From positions 62,001-126,000 of the forward strand of contig JALMLS010000022.1 in assembly GCA_038496445.1 (NCBI GenBank): a stretch of 64,000 nt of DNA. The letters are read 5' to 3'. The translations under genes and the position numbers were made by a program. The notes beneath the pieces are model-generated. The model saw nothing but the letters and a program-made list of their open reading frames with translations. It had not been told where the DNA came from and ran no database searches. This DNA comes from Trichosphaerium sp. ATCC 40318 (Eukaryota > Protista > Tubulinea). Shown in pieces: positions 12,801 to 25,506 of this stretch; position 1 is the stretch's first letter; each line of letters opens with the position of its first letter.

Positions 12801-15366
12801 CGAGAGCTAAATTGGCTCCGGCTAGTAGTTTAAAGGTTAGTGGTTTTATATATGAGGGAACACTAAGACATGTCATGAAGTACCTTTTAGGAAGGCTTGT
12901 TTGATGTGAACCAAAATATCATTAAACAAAAAGAAATGAAGTGCATCTTTTTTCTTTTCTTCAGTTTTAACAACACCTTCTGTGATAAGATACCTGTGAT
13001 TATTAGTAACAAACACCTAAATTCACTACATAGGTACCTGTGCGGAGCAATCAAACCCTAAAAAGAGGTCAGCACTTGAATCACATGAAGTTAAAAAAAG
13101 TTGTTTTGTTTTGACGAAACTTACCTCAAGGTTAGCTCCCTTGCCTAAGTTGGCTATGATTTTAGCATTATCCCACTTTCTAACACCCTCGTCTTTCTTT
13201 TGTTAGCTTAAAATTAAAAAAAGAAGATAGAGTACTAATGGAAGACGCAATCTGTCGCAAGAGCTCAAGTGCCTATTTCCAAAAAATTACATAAATATGT
13301 TTCATTGCAAACACTGTACTTTAATAAGATTCTCATGATCTGGATGAGCTTCCTCTATATTATATTTGTTAAATACGTATTGTCACAAAACCAATAGTAC
13401 CTGTATGCTTTAATAAATCAGCTATAAGCATGACGTATCTCGGAACTCTAAACTATGTTAGCAATTTCATTTTCCACAAAAACAATCAGCTTCACTTGCC
13501 TCTGAATAGGCCTAGCACATGAAATTAGTTTAGATTAATTGACGAATGGATACACGTTATAGCAAGAACGTACATGATGAAGTAGTCAGGTAGTTCAAGT
13601 TTCATCTTACTGCTTATTTTGCTTTGCTATTAAAACAATAATGGTTAACCAACATTTTTTCTAATTGTTTATCAGTTTCTCGTACTTCTACTGTATCTCT
13701 GAATTTATCATTTTCTTTAACAATACGCTTATATTCTACTATTGCAGATTGATAATTATTAGAGTACTTGGAGTACATCTAAAGAAGAAAAAAGTAAGAA
13801 ACACACAAAAGAAAATACCTCAGTTGTTTGCTCGAACCTTTAAGAAGGGTGCCATCTAGTACATGTTAGTCTATAATTAACGTAACTTATCTTCGTTATT
13901 TTACCTTTGTAAATACATCTCCTATTTTAGTTATAGGTCCCCAGTTAGGTATACGCTCTTTAAACTCTTTAAGAAGTTGAATATTAAAATTAAGAAGCAA
14001 CTCAATATCATCAAACATTTTCTTTAATGCCTCGACTAAAAATCCAGCCTTGGCTAAAGGTGCTTTGTAATACTAACGAAAAGTATGAATATTAGATATT
14101 AAATGGAATAAAGTACCTGTATCATCGTCTGTAAAGACTTAACGAACGTTTCTTCTGTGGATAGAATTTCTCCGGCGATTTTCGTTCTCTTATCTTTATA
14201 ACGGTTAGTTAAACCTTTTATACTATTTCCTTACCATCAGATGATATTCTAATCGATCGTAATCGTTCTCTGAAAAAATAGATGTCACGTGATTGGGTAG
14301 AAACCAAGAAAAAAAGAACAAAAAAAACCCACGCCAAAACCGTACCTCTTTGCAATTTTTGAAGGTTCAATGTTTTCATCTTCTGCAGCGCCTACACCAG
14401 CAGCTACAGCGCCTTGTTCAACACCACCTGAACTTCTTCCACGCGTTATTACTGTAGTTTGTCTATTCTGTCTTCTATTCTTTGTAGGAGGAGAAAAAAC
14501 AGACTTTGGAGCAATTCCAGAAACAGATGCAGACTTTTTCTTTCGTTCTTTCATTTTTTCTGAACGACCTTTCTTCTTTGATCTCTTTTCTTGTTTGTGA
14601 CCAACATACTCAGAATGCCTACGATCACCTCTTTCTTTCTTTTTCCCACTTGATGGGTACATCTGAGAAGCTCTGTTTGATCCTATTTTTGGCATATTTC
14701 TTTTTGCTGCAGGTACTTTTCGCTTTTGTTGTGCGAATACATCATGAGCAGGTAGCTGAGGTCTCTTGCTCCCATTGTTTGTCTTTGCGCGGAATGACCA
14801 TGTAACTGATCCTGATTTTGCAGTAGGAGGAGGCTTGTTTGGTTTTGTTGAATGCATTGAAGCTCGGGATACACCTGGTTTAGGTGGTGTACTGCTAGGA
14901 CTAAGCAAGAGTGTTAGGAGTGGGCTTGTGCGGTATATGGAAGTTTTGTTACACACCCGTTGGAGTTTGGTTTAGGCATAGATCGTGCTTCATTATTGGT
15001 TCCTTCTGGAGCTAACGAGGCGTCATCTAAAGCTTCCTATTGAAAACAAAAAAGTTAGAATCAACGATAAACAGAAATCTGATTGTCACTATCGAACACG
15101 TGGTAATAAATAATAAATTTATTTAGGCGTATTTAAAGCACTATGGGTGGTAGTAAAAAAGGACATGAAACGAAAACCGAAAACGTGTAATTAGCATAAA
15201 AAACAAAAAACTTAGAAAAACAAAGCGTTTTGGTTTGTACTGTTGTAAAACTATCTTTCTGCCAGAATTGAAGGCGTTTTTTAAAATCTTGATTAGATAA
15301 TTCTGTGCCCTCGACAAAGGGTTTATTTTGATTCATAGCTTGCTGTTCGCTTTTATTGCCTAACAT
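9883..15366 (-). CDS. RhoGEF (DH-PH) protein with C-terminal MORN repeats and Pro/Lys-rich N-terminus (alsin-like architecture, no VPS9 seen)
   Basis: DH motifs RTKIAGEILSTEETFVKSL and LPDYFIMPIQRVPRYVMLIADLLKHT, then a PH-like segment, then many YxGxWxxxxxHGxG MORN repeats over about 10.2-12.3 kb. Confidence 0.85.
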
Positions 15367-15529
15367 CTCCGCTCGGGCTTTTTTTGAAGCACAAAAAAAA
15401 ATACAAACAGAATGTCTTTTGTTTCACGATTTTACCACAAAAAACTAAACTACGTCGCGGTAGTGCTTTAAATAGACACAATTTTTTAAATTCAACCTCA
15501 AGCGCAAAAAACTAATATCTTGTTTATCA

Positions 15530-16230
15530 ATTTAAACTATACTGATCACGTGCCTTTCTTCTATGATGACGAACACGCTGAAAATTGGACATTTGAAGTT
15601 AAAGAGTATCTAAAACTCTCAAAGATAAGTCCCTCGCTCGTTTTATGTTTACCTTGTGCGAAAGGGTGTATTTAAGGTTTGTTACGGCTTTAAATGATTA
15701 CTTAAGTTTTGATTAAGACCACGTGTCACCAAAATGCAAAAAAACCCGTTAAAGTTTGCTTGTACAAGCATCGTAGCTCGTTATCTTGTTTGTAAATCAT
15801 TTTCATACCCAATTGATTTAACGCAACAAATCTTAGTTGTACTGAAGCATCTTCAGCTAATTGCAAGTTTTCTTTTTGAGTCAAATCTCCCGCCATTTAC
15901 AAAAAGCCAAGCAGGACTAAAACCGACCACACTATGATGCAGCGACACGTATTCTCATTGGTAGAATGTATCAATTGGCAGACTCTTACGTTATTAATAA
16001 AAGACAGCTATATAAACTAGCATTCAAAAGCGGCGTGAAAGTGACTGAAGAAACTATGGCTAGCTGGGTAAGTTTGTAAGGCACCTAATGTAAAATAATG
16101 AAGAACTGTGAGATTTACGAATAAGTTGTAGTTGGGCACCAAAAAGTCCATTAACACGTGACTATAGTTTTGTGGACGGCGTTTGCCAATGGTGCCAGAT
16201 GGACTGTCTTTGGGAAGAACTAAATAGCTT
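15530..16230 (+). pseudogene. Possible degraded or unannotated coding region
   Basis: Two open, protein-like stretches (YTDHVPFFYDDEHAENWTFEVKEYLK; HYDAATRILIGRMYQLADSYVINKRQLYKLAFKSGVKVTEETMASW ending at a GTAAGT donor). I could not join them into a stop-free model. Confidence 0.25.
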
Positions 16231-16609
16231 CCCAGCTAGTATCCCCTACTTCCCAGCGACATATCACGATAAAGTACAGTCAACCGACACTTAACAATGT
16301 CATTAATCACAAACGTCCTTCTCTTCCGCTGGCTGGTAGTGCTTGTCACTACTCAACAGTAGCTCACTATTATATAGTACGAAAACGTTGGCATCATACC
16401 GGTTGTACACTCAAGTCAACTATTCAGCAATGCCATATCAATACAGAAAGCCATTTTTTACTATTTTGAACTTATCCTTGGTTGTTGAAATCAGTGTTGG
16501 TAAACTGAATGGCAATGGATCAAACGGTTCAATAAACCTACATATATACTACATTACTTAACTTGACAGAATACCTTCATATATAAATATCCAATACAAG
16601 CATAACAAC

Positions 16610-17531
16610 ATGACTGAATTAGTTAACGAACACACTTACAAACTTATCTCTGCAGAACACGATGGCTTTATCCATGGGCACCCAAGAGTGTGGTTAAAAG
16701 TAGATCAAAAAGGTACGCATAGCGTTAAAAAGAAGCTAGTTTCCACTGCTGTTTATAACGTGATAAATTCTCACTTCTCCTTTCAGGTTTGGTTCCAGAC
16801 AAGAACGGATCAAAGCCAGGTAGAAAAATGGTCGTTCGTAACGCCGAGACTGGAGCTGAGCTTCCAATCTTTGGCGTAAATCACTGGGCTTGGCCTGGGT
16901 ATGGCGGTATTCAAGGCACGTGACACATTTTAAAGATGATATTCTTCTCAAATCGCTAACAAAACGTTCCAGGTTGCTATATTTGGCCTGTTGACACTGA
17001 GGCTGAGTGGACACCTGAAAAGAGTAAAGAAGTTCTCGGTTTCTTGGCTGACGGCATTACTATTAACATCGGTGCTATTCCAAACGGTACCCACGTTTGT
17101 GTTGACGATAAATGTGTTAAAGTCGAGTACCTTGTTCCAAAGGATCTCGTAGAAAACAAGATTTACACTTGTAACGTTAGCTTCAAGAACAAGCTCTCAA
17201 TTCCTATCACCAACTGTCTTGCTTATGTTGATGTCGATGAGAACTCTCCTTATCACTCCGAAGTAATGACTTGCGGTGGATCTGGAGACCTTGATAAGCT
17301 AGCTCTTGACTTTGGTCACATTATGGCTAACGGGTACGCTCAAAGGGATACTCAAGTTTTTTTCTCATTTTTTTTTACAGATCCAAAACAATGGATTTCA
17401 AGTTCTCGTTCCCTTTGATCAACCCAGATATGCCAAGCAAGAAATTTGATGGTATTTTTCAACTCGCACCTTTCTTCAAGGCTGAATACCAGAAATGGGG
17501 AGGTGCAAAACAAGAAGTTATTGTAAATTGA
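16610..17531 (+). CDS. Hypothetical protein with C-terminal Ig-like (transglutaminase C-terminal-type) domain
   Basis: Clean four-exon model with one GC-AG intron and a TATATAAATA upstream at about 16580. CNVSFKNKLSIPITNCLAYVD..DFGHIMANGSKTMDFKF resembles Transglut_C beta-sandwiches. Confidence 0.6.
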
Positions 17532-17759
17532 ACTCAAACTTTTTTCTGTAAAGTCAATCACTAAAGTCGGCCAATAATCTTGTTTGACAGTTGCTCTTCA
17601 ATAAACTACAGTTCTTTTGAGTCGATAGCATTGAGTTACTGCTCTGTGTCTCAATGTTTATCTGCTTCGCTGCTCCTGATGTGCACTGAACGAAGAAAGT
17701 CGACGACCAAATTATTCTACCCACTGAGGTTTTTCTTTTTATTGACAGTTCAACAAAAT

Positions 17760-20750
17760 ATGGAGGGAACTAATGACGCCTCTATTACGGTACAATGGAA
17801 AGGTGAAGGGAAGAAGACAGTAATTAAGATTTCCAAGCACGTCCAGATACTTTTTACGCACCAATATTAACTCTTAGGGTTAAGGGATGAATTAATCCAG
17901 TCTCTAAAGGAGAAAATACGTGATAACTTCGAAATTGAACCAAGCATGCAAAAGCTTATTTGTAATGGCAAGGTGCTGCGAAACGAGGTACATAGGAGCG
18001 GTTTAAACGAAACAACAATACAAAAAGTGTTTTTTTCCACCAATTCAACTAAACGAATGGCACCTAGGATAAAATAGCCATGATGAAGCTGCGTGGCGGT
18101 AAAGCGCGTATTCTATTGTTAACAGCGGCGTCCAGCGAAGAAATCGCTCAAGTAGAGCAAGCTGTCATTGAAAACGAACAAGAGACGCCAGAACCAGTAA
18201 TTGTACGTATTATTAAACACGTTCACGTACTTTTTTCGTTAGCGAAATCTAAAACGCGTGTAGGAACCAGTGGAAGTGTCTGTTGAACCTGATTTACAAG
18301 ATATGTCAATAGACGAAACTCCAAGTACGATCAAGGAAGATTACACTTTTTTTTCTTCACTTTTTTTTTTGTTTGATGTTGACTTGCTTTAGAGAACACG
18401 GGTTGGGGATCTGTTAATGTATCTCCATACGAAATGATGTCAGATGATAATAATAGTGTATCTTCAAAGCCTGGTGAACCATTCAAGTGTACCTTAACTG
18501 CGTACCCATCAATTTTTAGGTTTGTTTAATACTTTTTCTTGATTGGAAAGTTTTAATTTTTTATTTGAATAGTCAAAGTCCTACAGGCCTAGAAGAAGGT
18601 GACATGAAAAGTACGTATAGATAGATTACTAAGAACGTATTTAATATTTTATAGTTGTATTACCAAGGACGATAGAAGTACAATTAAGTGCGTTTGTCAT
18701 AATTTTATTTGTTCCATTTCTTTGTGTTTATGTTGTGATACTTAATGATATTCTATTAGAGGAAAAACGTATAGATATACCTACAAACTTTATAATACGA
18801 CACAATGAGGAAAAGATTTTTATGGAAGTATCAGTTCATGCATACAACGCAGACAGGTATGTACATACTACTACATCTTCATTCATGATATCTAACTGTT
18901 ATTTATCTAGAAATCAAGTAGTTTATATTCCACATAGTCTAATGTCTGTTCTTGATATTTCAGAAGGTGATAGAGTCATGTTGAAATCACGTGCGTGGTT
19001 TTTAAAAGACACCAAGAATAAATTAGGAACTTCAAAACTAATTGATATTTTAGTAAACCTTTCAAAGGCAGCGCCACCAACTCCTGAGTTTAATTCAAAT
19101 GATTCTGCATATAATAAGTGAGTACCTCTTTAATGTATTTCAGCTTACAGTGGTACTCTTTAGTCAACCACTACCTCAGTTTCATAGACCTTTTCAAAGA
19201 AATACATCGCCACAAAGGAATCGAGCATCAATGTATGATATCGAAAAATTCAGCGCTCTTCTTGATACTGTTGGTGTAAATGTACCTAATTTTACAGCAT
19301 CATTCGAACATGATATATCAATGGATCATCCCACATTTAGAGGTACGAGTTAAACGTATCTAGAGACGCGGAAGTTCAGTTTTCTTTTCTTTTTTTTTTT
19401 TTTGAAAGAACTTTTCTTAACTCCAAGTAGGTGGTTCTTTTACGGATACTATAAAGCTTGCAAAGCAGACGTTCAAGTTTGTTATTATTACAATATTAAA
19501 CGATGATGTCAAGCCTTTTTGTGATATGGTTGCTAAACCAGCTCTTATTAATACATTAAAACAAGTGCGATGCTTCTTTCTTGCTTTTTTTTTTTTTGGT
19601 TTTTTCGTTGTTCTTCTGTTCCTTATTAGTGTTTTTAGAACTTTATGCTATGGATTGGTAGTATAGATGCGGTTAGTGAACCAAAACTAAAAGAACTTGT
19701 TGGTAATGGTCAGGATGTATCATACCCTGTTACGGGTAATGATGATGATGTTTTATGTTACTTTATTTATTTACCTTTTTTTTTTCTTAGTTGTTTGTGG
19801 TCATATATCTGGTAGTGCTACAGTCTTGGATGTTTTTCAAAATATCACGGACCCAGATACATTTATTATTAAATTACTCAATATAGAACAAACATATAGT
19901 TCATTCCTAGAAGACCAACGTGTTCGATTGTAAGTGAAGTTGTTTATTTTATTATTGGTTTATACTAACTTCTTTTGTTGTAGTCTTTCAGATGGTAATC
20001 GCACTCTTATGGAAGGTAAGTACAATAATACACGTGTATTGATGTATTTAAGTCAAACGTTGATTCAACGCCAAGCTAAGATACAACCGTGCATTAAAAA
20101 CGCCAAAACTCTAGCGTGGTTTTTTCTCATGAGGATAAAACTTTTATGTTTCGTCCTTACTTATTGATTCTTAGAGCAAAACAAGGCATATGAAGAGTCT
20201 CTTAGGGAAGATACTATACGACAACGTAATATAGAGGAAGAAGAGAGAAAACAAAAAGAAATAGACGATGCTAAAGCAGCTAAAAAACAGAAAAATATTG
20301 AGATAATGAAAACAGCACGCCAAGAGGCGATAACAGCTTTCAAGTCACTTCCAAAGGTTGAAAAGGGTTGTAGAATAGCAGTAAGACTTCCAGATGGAAG
20401 CAGAATTATAAGGAAATTCAATGATACAGGTTAAGTGTTTTGGGAACTCATCCAACATTTTTTTGATTTACTCTTGTTTTTTTCTTACTTTTTTCTTTAC
20501 AGATACCTTCTCTTCTATCATTGTATGGATTACTGGTAGTATTGCTGAAAGGTTAACAGATGATACATTTGCTCTTACAGAAGTTGATCTTGAGACTGAG
20601 GATGTTACTGTCTGGTCTTTTGATACATACCACTTAAGACAACAATTTCCACATAATATTTTTACATCTGAAATATCTTCTTCAAATTCTTCATTACAGG
20701 AATTAAAGTTAACACCACAAGCTATGCTTTTTTTGGAACGCCAGAAATAA
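17760..20750 (+). CDS. p97/Cdc48 cofactor-like protein: UBL + UFD1-N-like + UAS + coiled coil + UBX
   Basis: UBL (SLKEKIRDNFEIEPSMQKLICNGKVLRNE), UFD1-like region (EEGDMKIVLP..VYIPHSLMSVLDISEGDRVMLK), EQNKAYEESLRED coiled coil, and UBX (CRIAVRLPDGSRIIRKF..FPHNIFT..SLQELKLTPQAMLFLE). Confidence 0.75.
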
Positions 20751-21186
20751 AATGTATTTCCACCACAAAAAAAAATACCACTTCTTATTGCCTCAACGCT
20801 GTCCGATATATTATTCCAATTCCATCAACAAAATATCCAAAAAGTTCTCACAGTACGTGTTCATCGTAGATTCTATAGAAGTCGGGAAGTCCTACATAAC
20901 AAGACTTACCACATGAGATGTTTGTTATAGCGAAGGGAGGCCTAATGATATCTGCCTAAGAACAGAAGGGGCAAATAATGAAAAAATAAAAAATTTGATT
21001 TTTTTGGACTTGTGAAAGTACAACAGTTTAAAAGCCTTAAAAATTACGAAGTGCCTTTTTGGGTATAGTGTAAGTCATAGCCATATCTGTTAAATTACTC
21101 GGGACTATATAATTTTAGACTGACTTGACTGCATTTCACAATAAACCTTACTTACAAAAAACTATTTATTTTAACAAACAGAACAA

Positions 21187-24100
21187 TCAATCCAGTATGC
21201 TTCTTGCAGATGGTGGCGGACAGGAAGTGTTCTTGATACCATGATTATTAATTATACTCTTAGCATTATCACCAGCAGTGGCACTTATTTTAGAGGCGCT
21301 ACTAGTAGATGTAAAATCTTCTTCAGAACCTAAAGTACTAACAGTTTTTTGTTCTTGTACTACCTTATCCTTCTTCTTTGTCTTTTCTCTTTTCTTACCA
21401 CTACTTCTTTCTTTATGTTTATCACTACCACGTGGTTTTGGGGATGTAGTCTTAGGGACTACATCAACATCTTCTATCTTGTCGCTTTTCTGTGAAGACA
21501 AGTTGTCATCTTTAGATGAAATTGTATCATTAGATACATCACTTGACGTCATGCCTTCTTTTGGAGATGACATACTGATCGTATTTGAAGATGTATCTGT
21601 TATAGATATAGTATTATCTCTTCTACTAGACCTTGGTGATGAGCTTAGCTTTTTAAAAGTCTTTGTTAATGATGACTTGATCCTTCTTGATGTCTTCTTT
21701 CTTTCTTTTGTATATAAATCAAGGTTCAATACAACGACTTCAGAAGGTATAGTCATTGGTATATTTTTATCCTTGCTTGATCCATTCTTGGTGTATGTCA
21801 TAACGAATAGAACACCATCATTGCAAACCATTGATGTTGGAACACCGTAAAGCTTAAACACTTTAAGAGGTGTTGAAGGAGAGTTTAAGCTCCAAATACA
21901 AACTGCTGATTGTTTATAGCTCCTATAGATCAACAAGTAAGTTAACAACAGCTCACTAGACACTATAGACGTACGCTATTACAAGAGCATCTAATGTCAA
22001 TACGTGGTTTATTTTACGCTCAAAAGAACCAAACAGAGATTCAGCTGAAAAAAAAAAAAGTCAGTATATATTGTTGTCTCATTGTTGTGTTTACCTTGTA
22101 TTGAACTACTACCGCTTGATGATGATGCAGTTGAATTTCTTCTTTTATCTTGGTATTCAAGGAGTGTTATTAACTCACCAGTGAATGAGTCAATGACATA
22201 AACTTCACCACGTTGAGTGCCTGCACAAAACAAAAACTTAGTTTTCTTTTTTTCGTAAATATTTCTTACCCATGCACGTGTACGCTTCGTCACATGAAAG
22301 AGCTGTAAATAGCTCATCTTTGTATTTTTTCTCATACATCTTTTTACCAGATGATATTTCATATACAGTTAACACATCCTTTTGTGTAATCGCCACATAA
22401 GACAGTGACATTGCAGTAAAAGTTATACCGTTGACTGATTCAAAAGTTTCCTAAAAAAAAAAGTTGTCAACATCATTCAGAGCAAACTCTGTAACTTCTA
22501 TACCTCAACAACAAGCTTTGCTTTTGTAAGATCAAATAAGCGAATGTATGTAGTGCTTGCAAATAACACATGAGTCGAGTTGGTACGAGAAAATACAGAA
22601 GACGCCAGAATCCCTTTCACTTTTGAAGCAATTAGTTTTTTCTCTTTTGTAATTTTTTATGGACTCACGTGCTCCCTTGAGTACTGTTTGATCAGGGCTG
22701 CTTCTACTGCATATATACAAATCATCGCCAAACCTTAACGCTATCTTATCTGACGTCATTAGAATTAATCCAAGCTTGGATAATGGCACTTTTGTTGTCC
22801 TTATTCTGTTAGATGCAACACAGTACATCTTTATAGCTGTCTTTGATTTCAGAACAACAAAAGGAAAAGTAAAGTGATGGTATTTAAACTCTTTTGGTAT
22901 TTCTATTTTATATGCACGTTGAAGTGCAAGGTTGTAATGATAAAATGAACCTAGCAAACCATTAATCAATAAAATAACAAAATTGATGAAGAGTAAGTTC
23001 TGCATCATAGGAATATGAATAAAATCGCGTGGATACTCAAAAACAATTGTTTTAAAATACCACATAAAATAGAAGTAAAATAACGGTTGTGTAGGAGAAC
23101 CTTCTTTGCATAAAATCGCTATTTAGTTCATTTGTTTTTTCTGGTTTTTTTTTTTCAATTTGTCTAACTACCACGTGCCAGTATTTTTGTATGTAACAAG
23201 GATATTCCCATTATTTAATAGAATAGTTTTATCATGAGAATAAAACCTTTGGCCAAGCATTATAGGTAAATCAAACTTATAAATCTGTGATTCTTTTGTA
23301 GCCTTCCTAAATGAAATATAAATTTTTGTTTTTTACAAATTGCATCAACCGTACTTCCATATCTTCAACCACTCCATCGCTATAAAACTTTGTGCTAGTG
23401 TCACACCACACTCGGGTATAGGTAGATGCTGTCCTGGTACTAACTCAGCCTCCGCCATCTCCCTATTTTAGTCTTTTAGAAACAAATGGTAAAAAACATT
23501 CGATAACTTTTAGAGTTGGAGTCCTATGCCAATAAAACCAAATATTTACCCACAAGAGTCAAAAAAGATAAGTAGCAAGACGCTTATAAATTCTTTTCCA
23601 AAAAACAGAACGTAGGACGAAGGTAAACAAAACAGCTGAGAAAAGCAAATAAAAAAAAAACTGGATAGAACTTCTGTGATGTACACGTACCGAGGTAGGT
23701 AATACACAAATTTAAAAAATAAAAACTCATCCTCAAAGCGTTGACCCATATCAACAACATGATCAATAACTCCCATTTCATGAAGTTCCCTTGCCCAAGC
23801 AATTGCCTTTCAGAAAAAAGTAAGAAAAAAAAAGGAACAAATTTGTAAATTTACCTCAGCTCTAGTGCTTAGATCAAGATGTTTCACAAGCCATGTAACT
23901 GCCTCACTTGCAATAAAACAGTTCTTAAACGTCCTTAAATGCCATGTCCTGTCTTTTACTCTGACGCCTAAAAATCGCTCTAAGCTGAAAGTTGTTTTCC
24001 TTATTTGAGTACCTGTAGATTCTGATTGAAGCCCAACACAAGCGTCTTTGAGTTTAGAAAGCATATCTGCTTCTGTACTTGTCATACTTTGTACACTATT

Positions 24101-25199
24101 TTCTCTAGTAACGTTATTGGTCGATTGCTTGCTGGTGAATCTATAAAACAACTCCCTAATCATCAACAAAAAACCCAGTTAGAGAAAAATACAGTACGCT
24201 AAAACAGAGCGAACCTGTTCTGGAATTGTTGTGTTTTAGCAACATGTATCAAGTATCCTTTATGCATAAGCATTTGTCCAAAATATACTGATGTAGTAAC
24301 ATCCCAGCCTTCGTGATCAATCAACCATGTAACAAACTCTTTGCCTGTCCAACAATTTTTGTAGACCCTAAAACCATACGTCCTACACAAAGTCATTATT
24401 ATCTATTCAATAACAAATAACATAAGATAGAAGGTATATACCTGCTGCTTATTTCTAAACCAGAATCTTTCTTTGTAGCTTCACGTATGACACGCGAATA
24501 GTCAGAAGCAGTAAAACTTTCAATAGTAGCCAATATATTCTCTTGTACTTTGACGAACTTGTAGTACAGGTTTTCGTCTAGGTAAAGCGTAAACATAAAA
24601 TTCAACATCAAGTACATCCATCTAAGCGCAACAGACAATCACAAAACAGCTTTCAAGTCCATACGAAAACCGATTTTTCAAGATAAAGAAATATGCTTTT
24701 TTGAAAATGTTTGTCTTGTACCTTTGAATTGATGCTCTTTTAACACGTGATTAAATAAACCTCGTTGCATCATATAATTTCCTATGAGTTCAGCTTGTTC
24801 TCTTCCACATGATGGTACATTTTCTGTTATCCACGTAACCTACACAGACTTTTTTAGAAAAACTTCGTTTAAGCGGATATAAACCGGTGAAACTTGATTT
24901 TTGTTCCGTTGACGATATACTGTATATATTGCGTACCGCCTCACTACCTACAAAGCAATCCTTGTATTTTTTGAACAGATATTTTCTATCTACATCGGAA
25001 TACCAATTAAACGGTAGAACTATGCGTAAAGAGATCATACCTTTAACTAAAACGCCGTCAGCCTTTGTAACCATTTTTGCGCCTAAAGCTCCAACATCAA
25101 CGCCCAAGAACTCTCCACTGATCTTTGTGCTGTACAAGCGTTAAAAAGCGGGTGAAACTTATTTGAGAACCATTGAACTCTAAGCGTATTACTACTCAT
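21187..25199 (-). CDS. Protein with three tandem DEP domains, a beta-rich/WD-like region and a Ser/Lys-rich tail
   Basis: Three DEP motifs: DRKYLFKKYKDCFVGSEA, RTYGFRVYKNCWTGKEFVTWL..FGQMLMHKGYLIHV and DRTWHLRTFKNCFIASEAVTWL..GVIDHV. Confidence 0.8.
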
Positions 25200-25506
25200 C
25201 CTGCAACTTCCCAGATACGCCAACTTAGTAACTGCACCGTTCGGTGGTAAAATTAGATGTAAACATAAGCCACGCAGTTTAAGGACAAGTAATCATCAAC
25301 CATACGCCATGTAGCGTATGTTTCCAGTCGGCTGCGTAGGAAAGGGATTTAACGGATGCTGTACAACAAAAAACGTTGCAACATTTTTTATTTCAGACAA
25401 TGTGGTTAAAAATGGGTAGATTGGTGTTACAGCAACTTTTTACAGTACGATCTGACAACTTGCCTTAAAAAGTCGTTTATCTTTAAAAAACTTGGTTTGA
25501 GGCAAC

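Noticed and set aside
15560-15620. Box C/D-like words (ATGATGA..CTGA) suggesting a snoRNA
   Set aside because: The spacing is too short, there is no terminal stem or recognisable guide, and it overlaps a protein-like frame.
21278-21850. 190-aa + strand ORF (similar cases: 14370-14600, 58224-58601, 12569-12904)
   Set aside because: These are antisense shadows of low-complexity or coding exons on the opposite strand.
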